The notes under the pieces were generated by a model. That model saw only the letters and a program-made list of their open reading frames with translations, made no database searches and was not told the origin of the DNA. A DNA stretch of 64,000 bases from Spirochaetia bacterium. GTDB taxonomy: Bacteria; Spirochaetota; Spirochaetia; UBA9216. Below are positions 9,391-19,425 of this stretch, in pieces; positions within the stretch are counted from its first letter, which is position 1, and each line of letters starts with the position of its first letter. Both the position numbers and the translations under genes were made by a program. Location of the stretch: contig OY776510.1 in assembly GCA_963675665.1 (NCBI GenBank), forward strand, positions 1,952,001-2,016,000, written 5' to 3'.

Positions 9391-10557
9391 ATGAGTCAAT
9401 TCAGTTTTGTAATACCGGGAGAAGTTGTACTGGGCGCAGGTGTGGTAAACAAACTTGCTGAAATAGGAAAATCCTACGGAAGCAAAGCATACCTATGCAT
9501 GGATCCTTTTCTTGAGATCTCAGGAGTAGGGTCCGAGATTGAGGGCCTTCTAAAGAAAGACGGCGTTGATATAGTTAAATTCACGAAGGTTAAACCCAAC
9601 CCGAGTTGCCATGATATTGATGAAGGCGCTGATCTTTGCAGAAAAGAAAAATGTGATTTTATGGTTGCTGTCGGCGGAGGAAGCGCAATAGATACAGCAA
9701 AGGCAATTGCAATCCTCGCAATAAATCCCGGAAACAGCTGGGAGTATATTGCCCGTTCCGATCGTGAATTCAGAACCTTCAGTGAGAGTCTGCCTTTGAT
9801 TGCCGTACCTACTACAGCAGGAACAGGAACTGAAGTAACGCATTATTCAGTAATCAGCAACCCGGACATTCATGAGAAGGGATGTATTCATAACAAGGTC
9901 CTTGTTCCTGACTTCGCACTTGTTGACCCTGAACTTATGGTATCAAAACCCCCGAAACTTACTGCCTATACCGGTATTGATGCAATGTGCCATTCGCTGG
10001 AATCGTTTCTTAATGTAAATTCAACCCCGTTCCCGGATATGATAGCGCTTGAATCAGTAAGCCTTGTAGCAAGATACCTTCCCGAAGCGGTTGCAAACGG
10101 AACAAATATTGTTGCCCGTGAAAAGATGGCTTATGCAAGCACTCTCGGGGGTGTTGCTATTGCTCTGGCAGGAACAATACTGCCGCATGGTCTTGGCCAG
10201 CCGGTAAGCGGTCTTGTTGATATGCCTCACGGTGCAAGTATGGCTGCTTCATTGGGTCATATTATGGAAATATCCTATACAAGTAACATAGAAAAATTTG
10301 CAAGGCTTGCCGAATGTTTCGGAGAACCTCTTGACGGTTTGTCTACCTATGCAAAAGCCGAGATGAGTGTGGAATTTGTGCAGCGTCTGCTGAAAGATAC
10401 CGGCGCAGAAGTGACATTCGGAGAATACGGGCTTACTGAGGCCGATCTGGAAAAGACGGCTGAGATTGCCGTTAATAACTACTCATTTGATTTGAACAAC
10501 AGTCCTCTCAAGGTCTCAAAAGAGGAAATCATTGAAATATACAGAAATTGTCTATAG
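9391..10557 (+). CDS. Iron-containing (group III) alcohol dehydrogenase
   Basis: 'GGGSAIDTAK', 'PTTAGTGTE', 'GIDAMCHSLE', 'HGLGQ...HG'. Confidence 0.9.
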   Translation: MSQFSFVIPGEVVLGAGVVNKLAEIGKSYGSKAYLCMDPFLEISGVGSEIEGLLKKDGVDIVKFTKVKPNPSCHDIDEGADLCRKEKCDFMVAVGGGSAIDTAKAIAILAINPGNSWEYIARSDREFRTFSESLPLIAVPTTAGTGTEVTHYSVISNPDIHEKGCIHNKVLVPDFALVDPELMVSKPPKLTAYTGIDAMCHSLESFLNVNSTPFPDMIALESVSLVARYLPEAVANGTNIVAREKMAYASTLGGVAIALAGTILPHGLGQPVSGLVDMPHGASMAASLGHIMEISYTSNIEKFARLAECFGEPLDGLSTYAKAEMSVEFVQRLLKDTGAEVTFGEYGLTEADLEKTAEIAVNNYSFDLNNSPLKVSKEEIIEIYRNCL

Positions 10558-10569
10558 GGAGCGTGCAGA

Positions 10570-11646
10570 ATGAAAGCAGCAATGTGGTTTAAAAGAGGTG
10601 ATATCAGGGTTATAGATAATGTTCAGGAACCTGAACCCGGCCCGGGACAGGTGAAAATAAAGGTTAAATGGTGCGGAATCTGCGGTTCGGATATTCATGA
10701 ATATACCGACGGTCCCATCAGTATCCCCGGCGACAAGCCGCATCCTGTAACCGGGGAAAAGGCCCCGGTAATTCTGGGCCATGAGTTTTCAGGCGATGTT
10801 GTTTCAGTCGGCAAAGGTGTTACGAAATTCAAAGCTGGCGACCGTGTTGCCGTAGAGCCGATTGTCAGGTGCGGGAAATGCAAGGCCTGTCTGGAAGGTC
10901 GTTACCACAACTGTATGAACCTTGGCTTTCACGGTATCTCCGGCGGCGGCGGCGGTTTTGCCGATTACACTGTATTCACGGAAGAGTTTATCCATAAGCT
11001 TCCCGACGAAATCAGTTATGAACAAGGCGCTACTATTGAACCTTTTTCGGTCGGAATGCACGCAGTACTGAAGGCGGACTTCAGGGCCGGCGGTGAGGCT
11101 CTTGTTCTGGGGGCCGGTCCGATCGGTATAGGTGTTATAGCATGTCTGAAAGCTGCGGGAGCACGCAAGATTGTATGTATGCAGAGAAAGTCCGTCAAAC
11201 AGCAGTATGCAATAGAGGCCGGCGCGGACGTAGTACTTGATCCGAATGAATGCAATGTAGCTGAAGAAATTAAGAAATTAACCGATGGCAACGGTATTGA
11301 ATATGTCTTTGAAACAACAGCAGCCCCGGTAGGCTTTGAAATGGCGCTGGACAGCGTAATGAAAGCGGGAACCATAACAGTGGTCAGTTTCTGGGATAAG
11401 GAAGTATCTTTCAACCTGAACCGGATGATGCTTACCGAAGTAAAAATAATCGGTTCAATCTGTTTTAATGATAATTTTCCGACTGTAATGAAGATGATGG
11501 CTGACAAGAGGATTAATACAGGATCGTATGTCACCAGGAAAATTCATCTTGATAAAATTATGGAAGAAGGTTTCAGCATCCTGATGGGACCGGAGAAGAA
11601 AGAGAATCTGAAAATTCTTGTAACTCCGGATTTGGCGCTGCTATGA
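10570..11646 (+). CDS. Zn-dependent dehydrogenase, 2,3-butanediol dehydrogenase-like
   Basis: '[14 protein letters not shown]', 'GHEFSG', CxxCxxC...C, 'GGGGGFA', 'GAGPIG'. Confidence 0.85.
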   Translation: MKAAMWFKRGDIRVIDNVQEPEPGPGQVKIKVKWCGICGSDIHEYTDGPISIPGDKPHPVTGEKAPVILGHEFSGDVVSVGKGVTKFKAGDRVAVEPIVRCGKCKACLEGRYHNCMNLGFHGISGGGGGFADYTVFTEEFIHKLPDEISYEQGATIEPFSVGMHAVLKADFRAGGEALVLGAGPIGIGVIACLKAAGARKIVCMQRKSVKQQYAIEAGADVVLDPNECNVAEEIKKLTDGNGIEYVFETTAAPVGFEMALDSVMKAGTITVVSFWDKEVSFNLNRMMLTEVKIIGSICFNDNFPTVMKMMADKRINTGSYVTRKIHLDKIMEEGFSILMGPEKKENLKILVTPDLALL

Positions 11647-12689
11647 GTAAAAATACTAAATGCATGAAACAGGCAGTAATGATAAAACCCGGGGAAATCC
11701 GGTTCAGGGAAGTAGATATCCCTGAGATAAACAATAACCAGGTGCTGATCAGGATTCATGAAATCGGAATATGCGGCTCGGATGTCCATGTTTATCACGG
11801 AAAACATCCGACAACAGATTATCCGGTTGTGCAGGGGCATGAAGTAAGCGGTGAAGTGGTTGAAACGGGAGCGAACGTTAAAAGGGTTAAACCCGGTGAT
11901 CGGGTAATAATTCGGCCCCAGATCGTATGCGGAAAATGTATGCATTGCCTTGAGGGTAATTATAACATCTGTGAAGAACTTAAGGTTCTTGGATTCCAGG
12001 CAGACGGTGCCGGTTCTGAATATTATGCTTCAGACGAGGAATACCTGATAAAAATGCCGGATGGACTTTCTTATTCAGGGGGTACTATTGCGGAGCCTTT
12101 GGCGGTAGGTATTCATGCTCTTGAAAAAGCCGGCGGTGTAAGCGGGTTGAATATATTGATAATAGGGGCAGGCCCAATCGGGAATTTAACAGCGCAGGCT
12201 GCCGGAGCAAAAGGTGCTTCCGCCGTGATGATTTCCGATATAAGCGCAAATCGTTTAAAACTGGCTGCAGCTTGCGGTATTGATTTCACTCACAACGCTG
12301 AAAGAGAAGAACTGGGTTCAGCGCTTATTAAGAATTTCGGTTATAAAAAGGCTGATATTATATTCGATTGCGTGGGTTCTGAAGCAAGTCTTGGGGTCTG
12401 TATAAAAAATGCAAGAAAAGGTACCGGAATTATTAATGTCGGTGTGTATGAAGGCGAGATCCTGGCCGACATGAGCAAGGTTCAGGACAATGAGTCAAAG
12501 CTGTCGGGCACTCTCATGTATACCGAAAAGGACATGCTTGAGGCGTTAGCCCTTCTTTCGTCGGGTTCAATCGATTATGACAGTTTAATTACCAGTAAGT
12601 TCCCATTTTCCGAATATCCTGAGGCGTATAAACACCTTGATGCAAACCGTGATGCCGAGATGAAAATTATTATCGACTTATTTAATTAA
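11643..12689 (+). CDS. Zn-dependent (MDR) sugar-alcohol dehydrogenase
   Basis: 'GICGSDVH', 'GHEVSG', 'CGKCMHC...C', 'GAGPIG'. Confidence 0.87.
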   Translation: MSKNTKCMKQAVMIKPGEIRFREVDIPEINNNQVLIRIHEIGICGSDVHVYHGKHPTTDYPVVQGHEVSGEVVETGANVKRVKPGDRVIIRPQIVCGKCMHCLEGNYNICEELKVLGFQADGAGSEYYASDEEYLIKMPDGLSYSGGTIAEPLAVGIHALEKAGGVSGLNILIIGAGPIGNLTAQAAGAKGASAVMISDISANRLKLAAACGIDFTHNAEREELGSALIKNFGYKKADIIFDCVGSEASLGVCIKNARKGTGIINVGVYEGEILADMSKVQDNESKLSGTLMYTEKDMLEALALLSSGSIDYDSLITSKFPFSEYPEAYKHLDANRDAEMKIIIDLFN

Positions 12690-12716
12690 TGTACTTTTAT
12701 ATAGGGAGTATATCTG

Positions 12717-13484
12717 GTGATCAGCAAAGAATATAAAGCCGGGTTCAGGCTTGACGGAAAAACAGCAGTAATTACAGGCGGTGCCTCGGGGATTGGATAT
12801 GAAACAGCAAAACTGTTCGTGGAAAACGGGGCAAAAATATATTTGCTGGATTTCCAACGGGAAAAAGCCGCAAAAGCTGCCGGAGAAATAAAAAATGCTT
12901 CTAGTGCTTTCGTTGATGTGACGGATCCTTCTTCCGTAAGCGGGGTAATTGACTCGATAATTGAAAAAACGGGAGGGATTGATATACTTGTTAACTGTGC
13001 CGGAATAGGTGATATAGACAAAGCTGAAAATTTCTCTCCCGACTCATGGCGGCGGGTAATTAATACAAACCTTAACGGCACTTTCTTTATGTCGCAGCGA
13101 GTTGGTAAAGAAATGATCAGAATCGGTAACGGCGGGAAAATAATCTGTCTTGCATCACAGGCCGGAATAGTAGCTATTGATAAACATGCAGCCTACAGCG
13201 CAAGCAAATCCGGTGTTATATCCGTTGTAAAATCGCTTGCATATGAATGGGGAAAATACGGTATACAGGTGAATGCCATATCGCCTACCGCCACCGAGAC
13301 CCCGATGATCAAGGGATACTGGGATGAAGGCGAGGTCCATGAGAATGCAATCAGCAACACACCTGCCGGAAGATATTGCAAGCCGGCTGAAATCGCTGCT
13401 GCTGCACTTTTCCTCGCATCCGACTCGGCAAACATGATCACCGGAGCTAATCTTGTAATCGACGGCGGATTTACGATCCATTAA
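12717..13484 (+). CDS. SDR dehydrogenase, GolD/DthD (D-threitol dehydrogenase)-like
   Basis: 'TGGASGIG', 'ASQAGIVAIDKHAAYSASK', 'NAISPT', 'TGANLVIDGGFT'. Confidence 0.8.
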   Translation: MISKEYKAGFRLDGKTAVITGGASGIGYETAKLFVENGAKIYLLDFQREKAAKAAGEIKNASSAFVDVTDPSSVSGVIDSIIEKTGGIDILVNCAGIGDIDKAENFSPDSWRRVINTNLNGTFFMSQRVGKEMIRIGNGGKIICLASQAGIVAIDKHAAYSASKSGVISVVKSLAYEWGKYGIQVNAISPTATETPMIKGYWDEGEVHENAISNTPAGRYCKPAEIAAAALFLASDSANMITGANLVIDGGFTIH

Positions 13485-13544
13485 TTTATCAGTGTACAAA
13501 GATACGAACAATATTCTCAATTTTAATTCAGAAGGGAGAAACAA

Positions 13545-14573
13545 ATGAAAGCGGCAGTATTAACTGAATTTAATAAAATAGAAATAATTGATAAAGTCCG
13601 GCCTTCGATAAGTGACGATGAAGTTCTTGTAAAGGTTAAATACAACGGAATCTGCGGCACAGATCTGCATGTTATGCAGGGACATCACCCTGCGGCCGTT
13701 CCGCCTCTTGTTATGGGACATGAATTCAGCGGGACGGTTGAAAAAAAGGGAAAACATGTCGGTGATGAAATAAAAATCAGAGACCGGGTCGTTGTTCAGC
13801 CGTATGAATCCTGCGGCGAATGTGAGCCGTGTAAATCAGGATGCGAGAACGTCTGCCGTGAGTTGAAGATCTTCGGAGTTCACAGGGACGGTGCATATCA
13901 GGAATATGTTAATGTAAAGGCGTCGCGGCTTTTCAGGCTGGATGATTCAATTTCTGATATTGCAGCTGCACTTATTGAGCCGCTGGCTGTTGCTGTTCAT
14001 GATGTAAAAAAGAGCGGTTTGAAGATTGGCGGTTCAGTTATCGTAATAGGCGGAGGCCCGATCGGTTTGCTTATTGCTGTTGTTGCAGGAATTAATGGCG
14101 CTTCGAAGATCGCTATCAGTGAGATAAATCCGGCACGTATTAAAAAAGCACGGCAACTGGGATTCCAGGTGATTAATCCTGCAGAAGAGAACCTTGCCGA
14201 TAAAGCATATAAGATGACTGACGGCCGAGGTTTTGACGCCGTATTCGAGGTTTCGGGCAGCCGGCCCGGAACAGAAGCGATGACTATGCTTGCCAAAACC
14301 AGCGGAACAATTGTAATTGTCGGGATCCCTCCGGAAAAACATCCTGTTGATACAGACACCGTTTTCAAGAAAGAATTGAATATAGTCGGAGTCAGACTTT
14401 ACTCTAAGGTAGATTTTCAGGCTGCCGTTGATATCATGAAGAATGAAGAAAACCGCAGGAAGCTGATGGAGCTTGTATCGGCTGAGTATCCGCTGGAGCA
14501 GTTGACTGAAGCAATTGCTTACCTGCGGAACAGCAGTGATGCGTACAAGGTCCTGATAAAGATTGGGGAGTAG
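13545..14573 (+). CDS. Zn-dependent (MDR) sugar-alcohol/sugar-acid dehydrogenase
   Basis: 'GICGTDLH', 'GHEFSG', 'CGECEPC...C', 'EPLAVAVHD', 'GGGPIG'. Confidence 0.87.
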   Translation: MKAAVLTEFNKIEIIDKVRPSISDDEVLVKVKYNGICGTDLHVMQGHHPAAVPPLVMGHEFSGTVEKKGKHVGDEIKIRDRVVVQPYESCGECEPCKSGCENVCRELKIFGVHRDGAYQEYVNVKASRLFRLDDSISDIAAALIEPLAVAVHDVKKSGLKIGGSVIVIGGGPIGLLIAVVAGINGASKIAISEINPARIKKARQLGFQVINPAEENLADKAYKMTDGRGFDAVFEVSGSRPGTEAMTMLAKTSGTIVIVGIPPEKHPVDTDTVFKKELNIVGVRLYSKVDFQAAVDIMKNEENRRKLMELVSAEYPLEQLTEAIAYLRNSSDAYKVLIKIGE

Positions 14574-14622
14574 TAAGTATTTTTTCCCTTAAAAATCTGA
14601 AATGTTAAAATCTATTTAATTC

Positions 14623-15568
14623 ATGCTTACGATGCAGCGTTTTCCGTGGGAACAGGGAGCAGCCTCCCAGGCGGCGCTTGAAATAGGAGATTTCACGACT
14701 GCAAAACTGCTTGCCCACGACGCTGTTCTCAGGCAGTCGCCTGACGGTCGCCTGAGCACAGCTTTTTACCGCGACGATATCGCTATCTTCGGCGATAATA
14801 TCACGGTTACCGACTCATCGGCAAACGGGGAGGCGGTGCTCTACTTCGCCGATAAAGATAAGGACGACGCCCTTCGCAAAGCTGCCGACTTACAGCCTAC
14901 ATGGCTTGCCGAATGCGCGCCGAGAACTAAAGGCGGGGTACTCTACCATGTTAAAAACAACAGACAAGTTTGGGTAGATTCGATATTCATGGCCCTGCCG
15001 TTCATGGTTTTAATGGGTGCAGACCTCGAAGCAGAGCAGCCGTTTGACGGTTTCTACCGTATTCTGCATGATTCCGAAACAAGCCTGCTCTCACACATCT
15101 GGGATGAGGCAACCGGAGACTTCGCCCACAGGGATTTCTGGGATGTGGGCAACGGATGGGCTGCGGCGGGCATGGCCAAGATAATCCGCTTTCTGCCGGA
15201 CTCCGAAGATTTATTTAAAACAAAGACAATCGGAATGGTAACGGATATAGTAGATGCAGTACTGAAATACAGGAACGACAAATATTTATTCAACAATATC
15301 ATAGATCGTCCTGAAACATTCGTTGAAGTAAACCAGGCTCAAATGATTTGCACACGATCTTTTCCGGTGTTTCGGAGGGCTGGATGAATGATTCCTATGC
15401 CGATGTAGCAATTAAAATCCGGACTGCCGTACTGGAAAACGTCGATGAGCTAGAGTTAGTTCATAACCTCTGAGGCTCGCAACCTTCGCGGAACCGGGGA
15501 CTGCTGTCGAAGGCCAGGCGTTTTTCCTCCTGATGGAAGCGGCCTACGCGAGGTATTCTGAACAGTAA
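14623..15568 (+). pseudogene. GH105/GH88-type (YteR-like) glycoside hydrolase pseudogene
   Basis: The ORF 14623..15387 has 'WEQG', 'WVDSIFMALP' and 'WDVGNGW'. The family-like sequence continues in other frames ('TIFSGVSEGWMNDSY...', a stop, then 'PGTAVEGQAFFLLMEAA' to TAA at 15568), implying frameshifts and a premature stop. Confidence 0.72.
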
Positions 15569-15804
15569 TTAATCTCAAACCGTTTGCACCATTCACAGAT
15601 TGCCTTAACGCTGGTCTGATACTTGTACTGCAGGTTAATTGCCATGCTTTTTCGAGGTTCAACTATTGCGTTAATAAAGTGTGTAAGTTATTTACATGTT
15701 TCCAGTCTTTATGTTTCTTTACATTGAAAGGTAACACTTTCTTAAATACGGTCTTTTGTATATAATTCTTTACTATGAAAAGATTTAGTTGAATTCGTTT
15801 GGAT

Positions 15805-15820
15805 TGGTACAGGAATTGCA
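15805..15820 (+). promoter_or_regulatory. sigma54 (-24/-12) promoter of the ABC/glycyl radical enzyme operon
   Basis: TGGTAC-AGGAA-TTGCA with GG-N10-GC spacing. A candidate UAS palindrome TGTAA-GTTAT-TTACA lies at 15682-15696. Confidence 0.8.
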
Positions 15821-15857
15821 TTATATTAAACCGAATAATCAACAGAGGAGGAGAAAA

Positions 15858-16865
15858 ATGTTGAGAAAATCTTTACTTTTCATCCTGGTGCTTCTTTTAG
15901 TCGGCGCGTTTTTTGCAGTAGCGGGCGGCCAGCAGGAAGCAGGCACAAATCCGGACGACGCTGAATTTCTTGTCGGCTTTGCAAACAGTTCAGTTGAACA
16001 CCCATGGAGGATTGCAATTCAGAACGCGATTCTTGATGAAGCTGCAAAGTATGATGATATTGCCATCATTACTACAGAAGCCGGTGAAGACCCGGTTCGG
16101 CAGGTACATAACGTTGAGGATATGCTGGCCAGGGGAATCGATCTCCTACTGGTCTGTACAGTGGAAGGCGAACCTTTCAAACCTGCAGTCGAGATGGTTA
16201 AGGACGCAGGAATCCCGCTTGTTCCTGTTGACAGGGCGATTATCGGAGATGATTATACCTGTTATATCGAACAGAGCAATATTGATATAGGAAAGAGAGC
16301 TGCCGACTGGATTGCCGAGCAGATGGTGAAGAAGTACGGTGAAGCCAGAGGCAAAGTCGTTGAACTTCAGGGGTTTCCCGGAAATATTCCTGCTGAACAC
16401 AGAAGAATCGGTTTTCATGACCAGGTAGAAGCAAAATACCCGAAACTTGAAATTGTTTCCGCACAGCCTACTGATTATACAAGAGCGAATTCATTACAGG
16501 TAATGGAAAATATCATTCAGGGACAACCCGAGATTGACGCTGTATATACTCATGAAGATGAAATTGCTTTCGGCGCAATTGATGCGTTAAAAGAAGCTAA
16601 AAGACTTGATGGCGTTATTATTACCGGTAACGGCGGTTCCGACAGAGCTCTGGAATCAATAAAAAAGGGAGAAATGACAGCATGCTTTACATATTCTCCG
16701 ATTGATTTCGGCCTTGTAGGTATGCAGATGGCCGCAAAGATTCTTCATGGTGAAGAGGTTCCGCGCATAGTCAATCTTCAGGGTGATATAATCACTTCTG
16801 AGAATGTCGACAAGTATATTGCCCAGCTTAAAGCAAACGGTGAAGTTTACGTAACAACAAGATAA
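15858..16865 (+). CDS. Sugar ABC transporter substrate-binding protein (RbsB family)
   Basis: ATG 15858 follows GAGGAGGAG; signal 'MLRKSLL...AGGQQE'; 'HPWR', 'PVDR', 'VVELQG', 'HEDEIAFGA'. Confidence 0.9.
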   Translation: MLRKSLLFILVLLLVGAFFAVAGGQQEAGTNPDDAEFLVGFANSSVEHPWRIAIQNAILDEAAKYDDIAIITTEAGEDPVRQVHNVEDMLARGIDLLLVCTVEGEPFKPAVEMVKDAGIPLVPVDRAIIGDDYTCYIEQSNIDIGKRAADWIAEQMVKKYGEARGKVVELQGFPGNIPAEHRRIGFHDQVEAKYPKLEIVSAQPTDYTRANSLQVMENIIQGQPEIDAVYTHEDEIAFGAIDALKEAKRLDGVIITGNGGSDRALESIKKGEMTACFTYSPIDFGLVGMQMAAKILHGEEVPRIVNLQGDIITSENVDKYIAQLKANGEVYVTTR

Positions 16866-16885
16866 CAATAAAAAATAATGTTTGT

Positions 16886-16911
16886 ACCTCCCGGATTGCC
16901 GGGAGGTTTTT
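16886..16911 (+). terminator. Intercistronic hairpin after SBP gene
   Basis: acctcccgg-attg-ccgggaggt followed by tttt. Confidence 0.6.
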
Positions 16912-16927
16912 CACCAAAGGAGACAGG

Positions 16928-18439
16928 ATGTCAAACGATTTCTTTTGTATTGATAAAATTGATAAATCATTCAGTGGAACACAGGTCCTGACTGATGTCA
17001 GTTTTTCCATGAAGAAGGGAGAGGTCCGGGCGCTGGTTGGAGAAAACGGCGCCGGTAAATCTACCCTAATGAAAATACTGTCGGGTGTACATCTTCCCGA
17101 CGGCGGAACAATGACATTGGACGGCAACAATATTCCTTTCGGGCATCTTTTAACAATTCAGGAATTGGGCGTAAGCGTTATATATCAGGAATTCAGCCTG
17201 GTTGAAGAACTTTCGGTAGCAGAGAATATTTTTCTGCGTCAGGCTGCTGAGGAATTTCCCCTGCGTATGATTTCCTGGAAAGATTATAACGAGCGAACTG
17301 TAGAAATACTGAAGGATTTGGGAATAGAAGGGATATTGCCTCAGGCTAAAGTAAAAACCTTAAGTGTAGCGCATAAGCAGATGGTTGAGATTGCCAAGGC
17401 CTTAACGATCGATGCCGGATTGATTGTAATGGACGAACCTTCTGCAACTTTAAATCAGAAAGAAACTGATCACCTTTTGGCAATTATTAAAGATTTAAAA
17501 GCGAAAGGTAAATCAATAATATATATAACACACAGACTTGAAGAGGTTAAACGAATTTGTGATTCGGTAACGATTCTAAAAGACGGCAGGGTCATCGAGA
17601 CAAGGGATATAGATACTATTGATAATGAGGAAATTATTTCATTGATGGTCGGGCGGGAAATGTCTGATTATTTTCCGTCCCGGCTTGATAGAGAGCTTGA
17701 TAAGGATAATCCGATTCTCGAAGTTCATTGTTTAAGAAGCAATAAAATTTCAGCTTCATCGTTCAAACTTTGCCGCGGAGAAATACTCGGCATAGGCGGT
17801 TTAACCGGTTCAGGCAGAACCGAACTTGTTCGCGCATTATGCGGGCTTGACAACAGCAAGGCAGATGAAATGTTTCTTGACGGCAATCCTGTGAATATAC
17901 GTTCTGTAAAAGACGCCATTTCTCACGGAATAGCATATCTGCCGGAAGAAAGAAAGACGCAGGGTCTTATTTTGGGAATGAGTATCAGACATAATGCTTC
18001 ATATACCGCTTTAAGGAAATTTATCAGAACACTTATAATTAATCAGGGAAAAGAAAGAGAAGCGGTTATGAAACAGGTTTCAGCACTTAGAATTAAATGT
18101 TCGGATATTGAACAAAGAGTTAAAGAGCTTAGCGGCGGGAATCAGCAGAAGGTTGTTCTTGCAAAGTGGCTTCTTAATGATCCCAAAATATATATCATGG
18201 ACGAACCTACCCGAGGAATTGATGTAGGAGCAAAAAAAGAAATTTATGAAATAATGCATAAGCTTGCGGTGTCGGGAGCGTCGATAATATTCATTTCATC
18301 CGAAATGCCGGAATTGCTTAACATGAGCGATAAAATTCTTGTTATGGCAAACGGTTCTCTTGTTGATGAAATAGACGCGGAATTTGCAACAGAAGAAAAA
18401 ATACTTACTATGGCAATTAAGGAAAAGGAGGCATGTTGA
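16928..18439 (+). CDS. Sugar ABC transporter ATP-binding protein (CUT2)
   Basis: 'GENGAGKST', 'MDEPS', 'ITHRLEE', 'LSGGNQQK', 'DEPTRGIDVGAK'. Confidence 0.93.
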   Translation: MSNDFFCIDKIDKSFSGTQVLTDVSFSMKKGEVRALVGENGAGKSTLMKILSGVHLPDGGTMTLDGNNIPFGHLLTIQELGVSVIYQEFSLVEELSVAENIFLRQAAEEFPLRMISWKDYNERTVEILKDLGIEGILPQAKVKTLSVAHKQMVEIAKALTIDAGLIVMDEPSATLNQKETDHLLAIIKDLKAKGKSIIYITHRLEEVKRICDSVTILKDGRVIETRDIDTIDNEEIISLMVGREMSDYFPSRLDRELDKDNPILEVHCLRSNKISASSFKLCRGEILGIGGLTGSGRTELVRALCGLDNSKADEMFLDGNPVNIRSVKDAISHGIAYLPEERKTQGLILGMSIRHNASYTALRKFIRTLIINQGKEREAVMKQVSALRIKCSDIEQRVKELSGGNQQKVVLAKWLLNDPKIYIMDEPTRGIDVGAKKEIYEIMHKLAVSGASIIFISSEMPELLNMSDKILVMANGSLVDEIDAEFATEEKILTMAIKEKEAC

Positions 18440-19407
18440 TGTCGGGAGTGATATCGGTTTCAAACAGTTCCAAAGAAAAGGTTATAAAAATTATAAATAT
18501 AAAGGGTTTGCCGATTTTGATCGGTTTTATTGTACTTGTCGTGTTGGCAAGTGTGTTATCGCCGTCTTTCCTGCAACCAACTAACCTGTTTAATATTTTA
18601 AGGCAGGTCTCATCCAATTGCATAATAGCAGTCGGCATGACCTTTGTTATCCTGACCGGGGGCATAGATTTATCGGTTGGTTCGATTGTTGCTCTTGCGA
18701 GTGTTCTTGTTGCGCTTGCACAGAATTACGGAATGAACAGTTTTGTAACCGTTATAATCGGTTTAGGCACCGGAGCTTTTTGCGGTTTGTTTAACGGCTT
18801 TATAATTGTAAACAGAAAACTTCAGCCTTTTATTGTTACTCTCGCAACCATGACCATAGCGCGCGGTTTTGCTTATATAATCTCTGGCGGGCGTCCGATT
18901 ATGGGAATCAGCGACAATTTCAGGGTGATTGCAACCAGTTATATTGGGCCTTTGCCGATACCTGCTGTTTACATGATAGTAATTATTGTCCTTTCCTATA
19001 TAGTATTGACCAGAACCTATTGGGGAAGGGCTTATTTTGCAATCGGAGGCAATGAAGAAGCTGCCAGGCTGTCCGGCACCAGGGTAGATCTCTATAAATC
19101 ACTTGCATATGTGTTATCGGGGATGTTGTGTGGGTTTGTTGCTATCACTGTTGTAGCCAGGGTAACTGTCGGAGAACCTATTATTGGTCAGGGTTGGGAA
19201 CTTGATGCTATAGCTGCAGTTGTAATAGGCGGAACATCGCTGTCGGGCGGAGTCGGGGGTGTAATAGGCACTTTAATAGGGGCCCTGATCCTTGGGGTTT
19301 TAAGCAATATATTTAACCTGCTGAATATTTCCGCTTATGTGCAAATGGTTTTTAAAGGCATAATCATACTTGTTGCTGTTCTGGCATCAACAAAGAAGGA
19401 TTCCTGA
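18433..19407 (+). CDS. Sugar ABC transporter permease (RbsC family)
   Basis: 'ILTGGIDLSVGS', 'GGNEEAARLSG', 'WELDAIAAVVIGGTSLSGGVG'. Confidence 0.92.
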   Translation: MLMSGVISVSNSSKEKVIKIINIKGLPILIGFIVLVVLASVLSPSFLQPTNLFNILRQVSSNCIIAVGMTFVILTGGIDLSVGSIVALASVLVALAQNYGMNSFVTVIIGLGTGAFCGLFNGFIIVNRKLQPFIVTLATMTIARGFAYIISGGRPIMGISDNFRVIATSYIGPLPIPAVYMIVIIVLSYIVLTRTYWGRAYFAIGGNEEAARLSGTRVDLYKSLAYVLSGMLCGFVAITVVARVTVGEPIIGQGWELDAIAAVVIGGTSLSGGVGGVIGTLIGALILGVLSNIFNLLNISAYVQMVFKGIIILVAVLASTKKDS

Positions 19408-19425
19408 TATATTAATGAGGTTTGA

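Noticed and set aside
15456-15662. 68-aa minus-strand ORF between the operons
   Set aside because: It overlaps the GH105 pseudogene tail on the other strand and has no recognisable motif.
15789-15857. N-terminal extension of the SBP ORF (also extensions at 31428, 38159, 50005 and 44681)
   Set aside because: These cover promoter or operator DNA; downstream ATGs fit RBS or promoter spacing better.
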